From: Longimicrobiales bacterium
GTDB lineage: Bacteria > Gemmatimonadota > Gemmatimonadetes > Longimicrobiales > Gaopeijiaceae
Direction: 5' to 3'
Assembly: GCA_965202805.1 (NCBI GenBank)
Contig: OZ241869.1
Span: 1,984,001 to 2,048,000 of the forward strand
Length of the DNA stretch: 64,000 bases
Under the pieces are notes generated by a model. It had not been told where the DNA came from, ran no database searches, and saw only the letters and a list, made by a program, of their open reading frames with translations. Position 1 is the first letter of the stretch. The number at the start of each line of letters is the position of its first letter. Shown in pieces: positions 12,388 to 21,611 of this stretch. Both the position numbers and the translations under genes were made by a program.

Positions 12388-13134
12388 TCAGGCCGCTGTG
12401 CCCGCCGCACGCTCGAACCTCCGCCGGTAGCGCCGGCTCCAGATGACGATGGCCGGAACGCCGACAACCGTCGGCAGGATCCAGACGACGATCGCGAACG
12501 GACCCTCGATCTCGTAGGCCCGGAACCGCTGCGCCCCGAAGACGAGGAACGCGGTGTGGAAGGCGATGCCGCCCCCGAGCATCGAGGCCAGGTGGCTGTA
12601 GAACCAGCCCATGCGCTGGCCGCCCGGATCGCGCATCAGCCGGAGCATGCGCCGCCCCGTGAAGAGGCCGATCGGGCTCATTCCCAGCAGGATCGGCGAG
12701 ACGTCGGACCATGCCGCCAGCCCGAAGCCGACGACCGCTGCGCTGCTGGACATCGACGCCCAGGCGAGGGCCTCGTGGGTGGGAGTACGCAGCTTCCCGG
12801 GCGCTCTCCGCGTCGCCAGGACGCGCATGCCCTGCCGTACCATGACGAAGGTGACCACGCCCAGGTAGCCCAGGAGTACGGCGAACCCGTAGGGCTCGGG
12901 CCGCTCCGCGACACTGATGCCCTGGAGCTGATAGGACACGATCCGGCCGGCGGCCGCGGTCACCGCCGACAGCGTCACGACATAGGCGCAGTACGCGTAC
13001 ACACGGCCAGCACGCATGTGCGCGGGGCCGCCCTTGCGCGCGAATACCGGAATCCAGAACGCCGCCAGGCCGACGAATCCGGTCGCGACGTGAACGAGGA
13101 GGAGGGTATCGAAGAGCAGGGCCCCGACGGTCAT
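12388..13134 (-). CDS. DUF2306-like membrane protein
   Basis: HVATG...RKGGPAHMRAGRVY; WFYSHLASMLGGGIAFHTAF; coupled to PadR gene. Confidence 0.65.
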   Translation of the reverse strand: MTVGALLFDTLLLVHVATGFVGLAAFWIPVFARKGGPAHMRAGRVYAYCAYVVTLSAVTAAAGRIVSYQLQGISVAERPEPYGFAVLLGYLGVVTFVMVRQGMRVLATRRAPGKLRTPTHEALAWASMSSSAAVVGFGLAAWSDVSPILLGMSPIGLFTGRRMLRLMRDPGGQRMGWFYSHLASMLGGGIAFHTAFLVFGAQRFRAYEIEGPFAIVVWILPTVVGVPAIVIWSRRYRRRFERAAGTAA

Positions 13135-13787
13135 GAAGGATCCTCCCGCGCGCCCGTCGATGCCTCCGTCGCGGCAGCCATCGCCTCCCGCTCACACGCC
13201 TCCCCTCCCGCGGCAGCGTCCGCCTCGGACCGGAGGCCCAGGCGCCGGTCGATCGCAGCCAGCGTCTCGTCGCACCAGGCCACTTTCGACCCGATGGAGT
13301 GAATGCCCATGCGCAGCGTCGCGAAGCGGTGGAATCCCGCGTCGCCGTATCGCTCCGGGGCATCGCCGTGGGCGGCAGTCACGTCCCGCTCGAGCGACTG
13401 GAGCTGAGCCAGCCAGCGGGCGAGGTGGTCCCGCAGCTCCGTCATGAACGCCCGCGTCTCTCCGAGGTCGCCGATCGCGTCCATGAAGTAGAGCTGGGCC
13501 AGGTAGGCGAAGCGCTCCGTGCCGACCTCGGGGCCGCCGCGCAGCCAGCGCCGCAGCTCCTCGCGGCCCGTGTCGGTCAGCGAATAGACCCTGCGCTTCG
13601 GCCCCCTGGGCGACGGCTCGACCCGGCTGTCGAGCATCCCCCGCTGCTCCAGACGCTTCAGGGTCGGGTAGATCTGGCTGAGCTCGGCGGACCAGAAGTG
13701 CCGGATTCGCTCGCTGAACACGCTCTTGAGGTCGTACCCGGTGGCCGGGTCGCGCAGCAGGCCGAGGAGGATGTGATCGAGGCTCAT
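13131..13787 (-). CDS. PadR-family transcriptional regulator
   Basis: ILLGLL..PATGYDLK..F...FWSAELSQIYPTLKRLE...KRRVYSLTDTGREEL. Confidence 0.92.
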   Translation of the reverse strand: MSLDHILLGLLRDPATGYDLKSVFSERIRHFWSAELSQIYPTLKRLEQRGMLDSRVEPSPRGPKRRVYSLTDTGREELRRWLRGGPEVGTERFAYLAQLYFMDAIGDLGETRAFMTELRDHLARWLAQLQSLERDVTAAHGDAPERYGDAGFHRFATLRMGIHSIGSKVAWCDETLAAIDRRLGLRSEADAAAGGEACEREAMAAATEASTGAREDPS

Positions 13788-13841
13788 GATCGGGGCAGCT
13801 CGAGGTGGAAGCCTGGCGCGCGCGGCGTGGCCGGCTCACGC

Positions 13842-13873
13842 TATATCAATCTCTATATACCTAGTATATCGAT
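13842..13873. promoter_or_regulatory. AT-rich near-palindrome (ATATACCTAGTATAT, 13855-13869); probable PadR operator / divergent promoter
   Basis: AT island in the intergenic region between divergent PadR and PQQ genes; TATACT on minus strand. Confidence 0.45.
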
Positions 13874-13971
13874 GTTGTCATACCGGGTCAAGGGCGGGCC
13901 TACTGGCGCGCACGCCATCGGATACCGAATTTGCCAGGGTTGATCGACGCACGTCCCTCCGGAGGAAACCC

Positions 13972-16008
13972 ATGTCATCGACTCACCGAGGAAGCTTCGG
14001 GCCCGGCATCGTCCTCGCCGCGCTGCTTGCGCTGACGACGGCGATCCCCGGGCAGGCGCAGGAACGCGGCAACCCCGACGGCGAATGGCGATTCCAGAGC
14101 GCCGATTCCTGGGGCACGCGCTACTCGCCGGTCGACCAGGTCGACGCGTCCAACTTCGGCGATCTGGAGGTGGCGTGGGTGTGGCGGGCCGACAACTACG
14201 GTCCCGAGGTCGACCCGCAGATGAAGTCGACCCCGACCTACATCGACGGCATCCTGTACACCGTGGCCGGACAGCGCCGCACCGTGGCCGCCATCGATCC
14301 CGCGACCGGCGAGACCATCTGGACCTACCGCGAGCCCAACACGACGCGATGGGAGCGCTCGATGCGCCAGAACTACGGCAAGGGCGTGGCGTACGGCGAG
14401 CTCGACGGCCGCGGCGTCATCTTCTACACCTCTCCCGCCTTCTTCCTGCACGCGCTCGATGCGAAAACCGGCCGTCACGTGGAGGGATTCGGCCGGAGGG
14501 TGGCGATCGAGGGGTTCCCGGAGACGGGTGTGGTCGATCTGCTGGTCCCGCTGCTGGATGGCTGGGGACCGTGGGAGGCGCACGACGGCGAGTACGACCC
14601 CGACTACGGCATCCCGCGCGAACTCGGCTTCATCACGGCGTCATCTCCTCCCATCGTGGTGAACGAGACCGTGGTGGTGGGCAACTCGGCGGAGCAGGGC
14701 TACAACCAGACCCGCATCGAGAACGTGCCGGGCGACATCCTCGCCTTCGATGCGCGCACCGGGGAGCACAAGTGGAAGTTCCACGTGATTCCGCGGCCCG
14801 GCGAGTTCGGCCACGAGACCTGGGAGAACGACGCCTGGAGGTACGCCGGGGACGTTTCCTCGTGGGCGCCGATGTCCGCCGACCAGGAGCGGGGCATGGT
14901 CTACATCCCGACCAACCCGCCGACCATCGACTACTTCGGCGGCTTCCGGCCCGGCGACAACCTCTACGGCACCAGCGTGATCGCGCTCAACGCGGAGACC
15001 GGCGAGCGCGAGTGGCACTTCCAGACCGTCCACAACGACCAGTGGAACTACGACCTGCCCAACGTGCCCATCGTCGTCGATCTGGAGGTGGACGGTGCGT
15101 CGGTTCCGGCGGTGATCCAGACGTCCAAGACCGGCCAGATCTTCACCTTCAACCGCGAGACGGGCGAGCCGGTCTGGCCCATTGAGGAGCGGGACGTCGT
15201 GCAGACCGTGGTGCCCGGCAACTGGACCGCGAACACGCAGCCGCACGTGATCTGGCCCGAGCCCATGGAGCCGTTCGGGCTGGCGGAGGATCAGGTCCTC
15301 GACTTCACGCCCGAGCTGCATGCGGAGGCGCTCGAGATCCTGAGCCGCTACCGGGTGGGCGGCCCCTTCATGCCGCGCCTCTATCCGGATCACAACGAGG
15401 ACGTGCTGGACAACATCCGCTGCTACGGGGGCCTGAACATCACCCATCCGGCGACGCTCGACCCGACGACCGGCATCCTGTACGCCGCCAGTTCGCGCAA
15501 CTGCAGCGGGGGCATGGTGATGCTGGGAATCGACGCGGACGATCCGGACAACCCGCGGACCACCGGGACGACCATCTCGCAGTGGGTGGCGGGGCGCGGT
15601 GGGGCGCTGCCGCGGGTGCAGGGCCTGCCCATCCCGAAGCCGCCCTACAGCCGCATCTCCGCCTACGACATGAACACCGGCGAGCGGCTCTGGTGGATTC
15701 CCGTGGGTGACGCGCCCGAGGCGGTGGCCAGCCATCCGGCCGCGCAGGGCGTGGACCTGTCGCGGGCCGGGAGCGGCGCCACCTCGATCCAGATCGTCGC
15801 GGGGGATCTGCTGCTGGCCACCGAGGGGTCGCGCGGGCCGCCGGTGCTGAACGCCTTCGACAAGATGACCGGCGAGTTCGTGGGCGAGGTCGAGATGCCG
15901 GGCGCGGGACAGTACGGCATGATGACGTACAGCCACGAGGGCCGGCAGCACATCGTGGTGCAGGTGGGCGCTCCCGGGCGGCTCGTGGCGCTGAGGCTGC
16001 CGATGTAG
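13972..16008 (+). CDS. PQQ-binding beta-propeller protein (quinoprotein glucose dehydrogenase-like)
   Basis: Signal peptide; RYSPVDQVDASNF.DLEVAW, DQERGMVYIPT, RPGDNLYG, WHFQTVHNDQWNYD; GGAGG RBS. Confidence 0.88.
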   Translation: MSSTHRGSFGPGIVLAALLALTTAIPGQAQERGNPDGEWRFQSADSWGTRYSPVDQVDASNFGDLEVAWVWRADNYGPEVDPQMKSTPTYIDGILYTVAGQRRTVAAIDPATGETIWTYREPNTTRWERSMRQNYGKGVAYGELDGRGVIFYTSPAFFLHALDAKTGRHVEGFGRRVAIEGFPETGVVDLLVPLLDGWGPWEAHDGEYDPDYGIPRELGFITASSPPIVVNETVVVGNSAEQGYNQTRIENVPGDILAFDARTGEHKWKFHVIPRPGEFGHETWENDAWRYAGDVSSWAPMSADQERGMVYIPTNPPTIDYFGGFRPGDNLYGTSVIALNAETGEREWHFQTVHNDQWNYDLPNVPIVVDLEVDGASVPAVIQTSKTGQIFTFNRETGEPVWPIEERDVVQTVVPGNWTANTQPHVIWPEPMEPFGLAEDQVLDFTPELHAEALEILSRYRVGGPFMPRLYPDHNEDVLDNIRCYGGLNITHPATLDPTTGILYAASSRNCSGGMVMLGIDADDPDNPRTTGTTISQWVAGRGGALPRVQGLPIPKPPYSRISAYDMNTGERLWWIPVGDAPEAVASHPAAQGVDLSRAGSGATSIQIVAGDLLLATEGSRGPPVLNAFDKMTGEFVGEVEMPGAGQYGMMTYSHEGRQHIVVQVGAPGRLVALRLPM

Positions 16009-16139
16009 GGGGCACGCCGCCGATCCGAGGCTCTCGGAGGCCGCCGCTCGTCCGATGGGACGGGGGGGCGGCCTTCGGGGTGTCCGGGGCTACCGGGAGG
16101 CCGGGCGCCCGGATGTGGGGACGGGCCCGACCCGGTCGG

Positions 16140-17138
16140 TCAGAGCCGTCCGGCGTAGCGCTTCAGCCAGGGCGCGCGGTGGCCCTCCGGCGGAGCGATC
16201 GGTGGCCCCGGAACGGTCATCGTGCCGCGGCTGACGAAGACGGCGGCGCCACCCACCCGGACGGCGGTGATCCGGCCGGCGAACTTGTCGATCTCGACCC
16301 TGATGAGGCTCGGCCGGCCGATCTCCTCTCCCTGGGAGACCTGCCAGTCCATGGTGCCGTTGAGGCGCCGGCTGGCGTCGCCCAGGTAGCCTCCCAGCAC
16401 GGCGGCCGCCGAGCCGGTCGCCGGGTCCTCGGGCACCCCCGACCCGGGCGCGAACATGCGGACCCGCACGTCCCCGCCGTAGAGGTGGCACACCAGGTAC
16501 ACGTGGTGGGCCCACGAGTCCGCGAGCATCTCCTGCCAGAGCGCCGTGTTCAGGACGGCGCGGCGGAGGGCGGCAATGGTGTGCACCGGGATGACGTGGA
16601 AGGGGAGGCCGCAGGACATCATGGCGGGGGTGAGCGGACGGGGGGCCTCGCCGCCGAGGTCGTCCGCTTCCAGTCCCACCATCGCCGCCAGCCGCTCCAG
16701 CGAGTGCGGCGACTCGCGCCGCTCCGGCAGCACCGCCGTGGTGAACTGCGCGAACCCCGGACGGCCGCCCCGGTACTCCACCGTTGCGGGCACCAGGCCT
16801 ACGTTCTCCTCAAGCACCAGGTTGGCGTGTCCGTCGTGCTTCCCGTGAACGCCGGCCGCCCGCCGCACGGATCGGGTCCCCGCCAGATAGATCGCAGCCC
16901 CAACGGTCGGATGCCCCGCGAACGGCACCTCCACCTCGGGCGTGAAGATGCGCACCCGCGCCGTTCCCTCCCCGGTCTCCGGAGGCCCCAGGAACGCCGT
17001 CTCGGCAAGGTTCATCTCGCGCGCGATCTTCTGCATGAGCTCCGCCGGCAGGTGCGCCGCGTCCGGAAACACGCCGAGCGGGTTGCCGCCGAAGGTCTCC
17101 TCCGTGAAGACATCGAGGGTTCTGAAGTCGAGCTCCAT
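16140..17138 (-). CDS. PhzF-family isomerase
   Basis: DVFTEETFGGNPLGV, RIFTPEVEVPFAGHPT, EDPATGSA, QGEEIGRPS. Confidence 0.92.
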   Translation of the reverse strand: MELDFRTLDVFTEETFGGNPLGVFPDAAHLPAELMQKIAREMNLAETAFLGPPETGEGTARVRIFTPEVEVPFAGHPTVGAAIYLAGTRSVRRAAGVHGKHDGHANLVLEENVGLVPATVEYRGGRPGFAQFTTAVLPERRESPHSLERLAAMVGLEADDLGGEAPRPLTPAMMSCGLPFHVIPVHTIAALRRAVLNTALWQEMLADSWAHHVYLVCHLYGGDVRVRMFAPGSGVPEDPATGSAAAVLGGYLGDASRRLNGTMDWQVSQGEEIGRPSLIRVEIDKFAGRITAVRVGGAAVFVSRGTMTVPGPPIAPPEGHRAPWLKRYAGRL

Positions 17139-17248
17139 GTGAAGCAGCCCATCCGCCAGGTTCAAGAGGCCGTCTACCAGAAGACGGAAAACCACACTAT
17201 CTTACACGCCCTGTGGCTTTCCGTCAGCGGGTTGACGGGGGGTCGGCC

Positions 17249-17288
<40 letters not shown>

Positions 17289-17336
17289 TGTCTCCATGAT
17301 GGCGTGAATCCCGGCAGGAAATCGTCTAAGTTCAAT

Positions 17337-17446
17337 CAGGACTGCACGATCTGCGCTTCTTGCCGTGAGGTCGTGATCGGGTCTGTCCTGCTCGAATAGC
17401 GGGAAAATCGGGTCGAATAGCGGGAGTTTGGGCGGGACCGTTGACG
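17337..17446 (+). repeat. Left-end module copy A with putative integrase arm sites (AATAGCGGGA x2, GGCGGGA)
   Basis: Similar to 18721-18814 and 19657-19705; motif also at right end 61787-61812. Confidence 0.75.
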
Positions 17447-17477
17447 CTGCCCCTCGCATGGGTACGGTTCGACGGTA

Positions 17478-17680
17478 TGAAGGAGCCCATGCCCTCCACC
17501 GGCGAGGCCGCTCGGTACGAGACGGTCTTCGGCGAGGGTTCCGCGATCGTCGAAGCCGCCCGGCGGTCGGCGGCCCGTTCGGTCAGCGCCCGTGATGATC
17601 GTGGCGCCCTGGTTGATCGGACGGCACATTGCCGATCTCGAACAGCGGAGCGCAGGAGCCGGGCGGGGTGCAGATAGAGA
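17478..17680 (+). pseudogene. Frameshifted DUF1016/YhcG N-terminal remnant
   Basis: YETVF...IVEAARRSAARSVSA then, in another frame, VMIVAPWLIGRHIADLEQ, matching the DUF1016 start pattern AARSVN..MT..YW.IGR.I...EQ. Confidence 0.55.
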
Positions 17681-18030
17681 GACCGTCACATTTCGATCCA
17701 TGCCGTCCATTTGCACTACTCACATCCGAATCTGGTACGCTGAGAAGAAGGCCACGACCAGACGGTAGCATTGGCCGACTCGCCGAGGACATGCTCAACC
17801 GCTTCGCACCGCTCTCGGTTCCGGAACGAGAATCTATTCGACCGTATCGGAGGTCATGGCCACGCCAATCGGTGGGCATTGACACCGATGCCGCTCAGGG
17901 GCTATCGATACGAGCTTCAGGTAGTGGACTCCAACGACATCAGCGCCTTTCGCGTTGCTGCGTGACGCGCGGGATCGCTTGAGTGCACTCCGATCAGACC
18001 GTGACCAAGGCGCTATCGTGGAGGGGGTGC

Positions 18031-18438
18031 ATGTGGCCTAGAGATTCGTACACTGGACCGGGTGGTGGTCTCTACACTGGACCGGGTGGTGGTCTCTACA
18101 CCGGGCCGGGCGGCGGAGCGTCCACTGGGCCGGGCGGCGGTCTGTCCACTGGGCCGGGCGGCGGTCTGTCGACTGGACCGGGCGGCGGTCTGTCAACTGG
18201 ACCCCGCGGCGGTCTGTCCACTGGGCCGGGCGGCGGTCTGTCCACCGGGCCGGGCGGCGGTCTGTCCACCGGACCGGGCGGCGGTCTGTCCACCGGACCG
18301 GGCGGCGGTCTGTCCACCGGCCCTTCTAACACACCGTACTGTAGCAACTGGCCGCCGAGGGCAGTCCTGATTGGAATACTTGAATCTCGGGGCATGACGA
18401 AGATAGCGAAGCGTCTTCGAAGTGCCTGGAACCTCTGA
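18031..18438 (+). CDS. Hypothetical protein with 11.5 x (Y/S)TGPGGGL repeats
   Basis: GGAGGGGG RBS; 24-bp tandem repeat 18049-18324 varying mostly at synonymous positions. Confidence 0.8.
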   Translation: MWPRDSYTGPGGGLYTGPGGGLYTGPGGGASTGPGGGLSTGPGGGLSTGPGGGLSTGPRGGLSTGPGGGLSTGPGGGLSTGPGGGLSTGPGGGLSTGPSNTPYCSNWPPRAVLIGILESRGMTKIAKRLRSAWNL

Positions 18439-18590
18439 TAAGTCCGCAACGAGCCGCTTCATCTCAGCGTTTTGTCCCGTAGCAGGCTAGCTCGTGGGCC
18501 TCACTCGACACTATCCCGCCGTACTCCTTCTTCCGCCGGTAGAACGTTTCTTCCGTTATGCCGATTTGGCGGCAGACCTCCTCGACGGGT
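18436..18590 (-). pseudogene. IS3-family transposase OrfA (HTH) remnant
   Basis: PVEEVCRQIGITEETFYRRKKEYGG...(frameshift)...NAEMKRLVADLS. Confidence 0.7.
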
Positions 18591-18720
18591 CACCACCAAC
18601 AGAGCAACCGGCAAGCGGAGATCGCGGAGCTGCTGGAGATACCGGAGGCCGTCGACGAAGCCGTACGGAGAGGACGCGGCGCGAGGACCGGCTGGCGGTG
18701 ATCCGGACGGCGACGCTAAC

Positions 18721-18814
18721 CAGGACTGCACGATCTGCCGTTCTTGCTGTGAATCATGAAAGGGCCCAACGTGCTCGAATAGCGGGAAACCCGGGTCAAA
18801 TGGCGGGAATCTTG
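18721..18814 (+). repeat. Left-end module copy B
   Basis: CAGGACTGCACGATCTGC...TGCTCGAATAGCGGGAAA..CGGGTC.AAT.GCGGGA shared with copy A. Confidence 0.75.
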
Positions 18815-18848
18815 GACCTGAGCCTGCTCGCGCGCCCAGCCGCCCTGC

Positions 18849-19574
18849 TCAGTAGTCGCTCCAATGCACCTCGGTCGCTAGGTATTCGAAGAGCACGGAC
18901 CTGACGACGATCCCGGAGCGCTGCTGTAGGCGGAACCGGTAGACACCGTCCTGTACGATGACCCAGCCGTCACGCATGTCCTGCCCGGTGAACACGCGCG
19001 CCATCATCCGACTGCCCACTTCGGGCGAACGTGCCAGTTCCTCGACCACGCCGTCGTATTCGAAGTCGTCGCGCTCAGACACCGACATCGCCGTTAGGAG
19101 CAAGGTCCAGACGCGTGTCGGCTCGCGCAGCATCGGTTCGCCGTATTCGAAGAAGACGTGGCCGCGCGCGTTCTTCACCACGATACGCTCCACTCTCTTC
19201 TCTTCAGGCTCCCAGACACAACGCGTCTCGCCGCCAATCGTCGGGTACTCCTTCTTCGACCGCTCGATCCTCGCGCGCAGTTTCTTGTGGCGCTTTAAAG
19301 CCCGCGCGATCTTCGCGTCCGAGTGCTGCTCCGGGTCCGTGGAACCTGTGAGCGCGCATTGCAGGAAGAGGTGCAGGTACTCCTCGTCCTCGGAAAACCC
19401 GTTGTTGCAGTCTACGCAGATGTTGACAACGGGAAGGTTGTCCGGGTAGGGCTTGCGCAGGAAAGCCTTGGACGGGACGTGGTCCCGGCTGGTTTCCACG
19501 TCGCCGATCCCTGCGCGGCACTGGATACACCACGCCTTCTGCCGTTCGTCCACGAATTCGTTGATTTGGTACAT
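18849..19574 (-). CDS. HNH endonuclease-family protein
   Basis: CIQC...SRDHVPSK...NLPVV.ICVDCNNGFS (CxxC-H-CxxCN pattern). Confidence 0.8.
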   Translation of the reverse strand: MYQINEFVDERQKAWCIQCRAGIGDVETSRDHVPSKAFLRKPYPDNLPVVNICVDCNNGFSEDEEYLHLFLQCALTGSTDPEQHSDAKIARALKRHKKLRARIERSKKEYPTIGGETRCVWEPEEKRVERIVVKNARGHVFFEYGEPMLREPTRVWTLLLTAMSVSERDDFEYDGVVEELARSPEVGSRMMARVFTGQDMRDGWVIVQDGVYRFRLQQRSGIVVRSVLFEYLATEVHWSDY

Positions 19575-19656
19575 CCGTCGCTTCAGTTCTTGATCGGTCT
19601 TTGGCGAGCTTTGCTCGCCCCGCGCGGGATCCCCATACGATAACGAACCAGCCACG

Positions 19657-19705
19657 AGGCGGGGAATCGGGTCGAACAGCGGGAACCTTGGCGGGACCGT
19701 TGACG
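19657..19705 (+). repeat. Left-end module copy C (partial)
   Basis: AATCGGGTCGAA.AGCGGGA...GGCGGGACCGTTGACG shared with copy A. Confidence 0.7.
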
Positions 19706-19906
19706 ACATCTGACATCCCGGTCATCCCCCCAACCGCTGCCGGAAATAGATCCCGCCCGTGCGGTCCGTGTCCACGGGGCTCATCGCCAACCCCGTGCCT
19801 GGGACTCCCTGTGCGACCGGCCACGCTCCACCGAAGGTGAGGTCCACCTCGATGCCGGTGAGCCGCGCATTGCCGAGGTCAACGAGGAGCGTGCCGCCAT
19901 CGACGC

Positions 19907-20121
19907 TTGTACTACCCGCAGCGGCGGCACTCTAGCCTCGGTTACGAGTCGCCGTTCCAACTTCGAGGGGCGCGAGCGAGGAGAGGCGGCATGACCTCCG
20001 AGCCGCGTTCCCCCCACCGCCCGCTACGCCTTCGGCGCAGTAGCCGCTCCTCTCGCCCGGGGGCTGGCTGGAAAGGAGGAAACCACCACGGTTGACCGTC
20101 CACCAAAACGGGGTAAGTCCA
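19907..20121 (+). mobile_element. IS3-family remnant: transposase C-terminus and right inverted repeat
   Basis: YYPQRRHSSLGYESP motif; ends GTCCACCAAAACGGGGTAAGTCCA, typical IS3 terminus ending CA. Confidence 0.65.
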
Positions 20122-20642
20122 GTCATCACAGATCGCGGCTGCACCTTGTCGTTCGGCGACCCCAAAGCAGCGAAGGCCCAGCTTGGAATTAGCATCGGTC
20201 GATTCCAGGGATGAGGTCGCCGAACTCGCCGGACCTACCAATCCTGCGCTCAGATGAGGCCCTGCAGATGCGTGACGCAACCCTCGGCCTCGACGGTACC
20301 GCGTGGCGGCTGTGAGGCCGGCCCGTGGTAGTAAGTTCCGTAGTTGCCGGATCGCGACATCAGATGGCGGCAGGTTACGACTCTCAGGAAGACAGGATGG
20401 CCGGGTCGACCAAGAGGCTGATCGCTTAACGCGGAAGCATATTTTTCCGATCTTCCTCCGGTGTGCCCATCACTTGCGGGACGCTCGGCGCGATCGCGCC
20501 CACTTTCCCAAAGGCATCATTCCTCCCCCGAGTCAGCGGATCCCGGGACCGTGCCGTACATGCACATCAGACATCGGCGTGCAGGTGCGGGAACACCTTC
20601 GTAGCCGTTCCACCGCTACCGTCCGAACAATCAGGCCTGATT

Positions 20643-21611
20643 CTACTCCGTTTCCTCAGTCCCATCGCCCGCCGCAAAACACTCGTCCAGTCTGGCACAA
20701 ACAGCGCTGAGAGCTTCCCTGTGCCTCCCCAGGTCCCGACGACAGTTCGCCATCCATTCATCTGTAATCGTGAGCCGCTCCTGCCCCTTGAGTGATTCCA
20801 ACACGACGTTTCCGTTCTCGTCAACCTTCTCTTTGGCGTGCGCCAACACATTCCGCCTCCCCGTGACTTCCTCCTCATACCCACGAAGCTGGGTCAACTC
20901 CTGGGAAGGCTTCGGTTCAGCGCACTTCGCCACACGTTGAATAGCACGAAACTTGTGCACCGAGGAAAACAGCAAGCCGTCTCCGACAAGACCCACGACA
21001 TCTCCGGCGTCCACCCGTGCCGTCGCCGATTTCATGTTCCGCGACATTGCTTCCAGGACCCTCTTGCACGTCCTATCTGCCGCCGCCTGTACGCATTCCG
21101 CAGTCGCATTCGCGAACGCCCGCTTCAGCGTATCTTCCATTAGAACATCCATCTCGGCAACCTCGGCCATCGCAATCCCTCGCATGTGGTTGAGGTCTAC
21201 GGCTTTGCCTATGACCGTGTCCGCCAATGCCGTTAGAGCGTCGTCAAGGTTGGACCTCTCCTCGGCAAAAACTCCCGCCACCTCAGCGGCGGCCAGATGG
21301 GACAACAGGATCGGCACGGGCTGTGACGAATAAAATACCATATCCGTATATCGGAGGGTCGCGCGAATTCGACGCGCAATCTTTGCTCCGTCCGTACTCG
21401 CCTGTCCGAGGTTGTAATCGACCATCACGAGATCATAGTTCTTGCCTTCCTCTCCCCCGAGATCCACGCTGGACAGCTGCGTGACATCTTCCACAGTCGT
21501 CACCTGAAGTTCGAAGCCGACCGTGTCGAGGTGATCCCGCAAACTCTCAAGAGCTTGCTGAATATTATCCGGTTCGTCGTCCACTAAGAGAAGTCTGAAT
21601 GCAAGTTTCAT
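20643..21611 (-). CDS. Response-regulator receiver protein with helical C-terminal domain carrying a HEPN-like RxxxxH motif
   Basis: LLVDDE, DLVMVDYNL, FYSS; RNVLAH at 20838-20855; ATGA overlap with upstream kinase. Confidence 0.75.
   Translation of the reverse strand: MKLAFRLLLVDDEPDNIQQALESLRDHLDTVGFELQVTTVEDVTQLSSVDLGGEEGKNYDLVMVDYNLGQASTDGAKIARRIRATLRYTDMVFYSSQPVPILLSHLAAAEVAGVFAEERSNLDDALTALADTVIGKAVDLNHMRGIAMAEVAEMDVLMEDTLKRAFANATAECVQAAADRTCKRVLEAMSRNMKSATARVDAGDVVGLVGDGLLFSSVHKFRAIQRVAKCAEPKPSQELTQLRGYEEEVTGRRNVLAHAKEKVDENGNVVLESLKGQERLTITDEWMANCRRDLGRHREALSAVCARLDECFAAGDGTEETE

Noticed and set aside
18049..18324. 24-bp periodic repeats as a CRISPR array
   Set aside because: Head-to-tail with no unique spacers, codon-phased variation, and no cas genes in the window
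17337..19705. Repeats as integron attC sites
   Set aside because: No clear RYYYAAC...GTTRRRY palindromic structure and no IntI-type integrase recognised; they match arm-type direct repeats instead
20122..20640. Short ORFs between the IS3 relic and the REC gene (also 17629-17982, 25830-26180, 35910-36380)
   Set aside because: No RBS, motif or codon-bias support visible by eye
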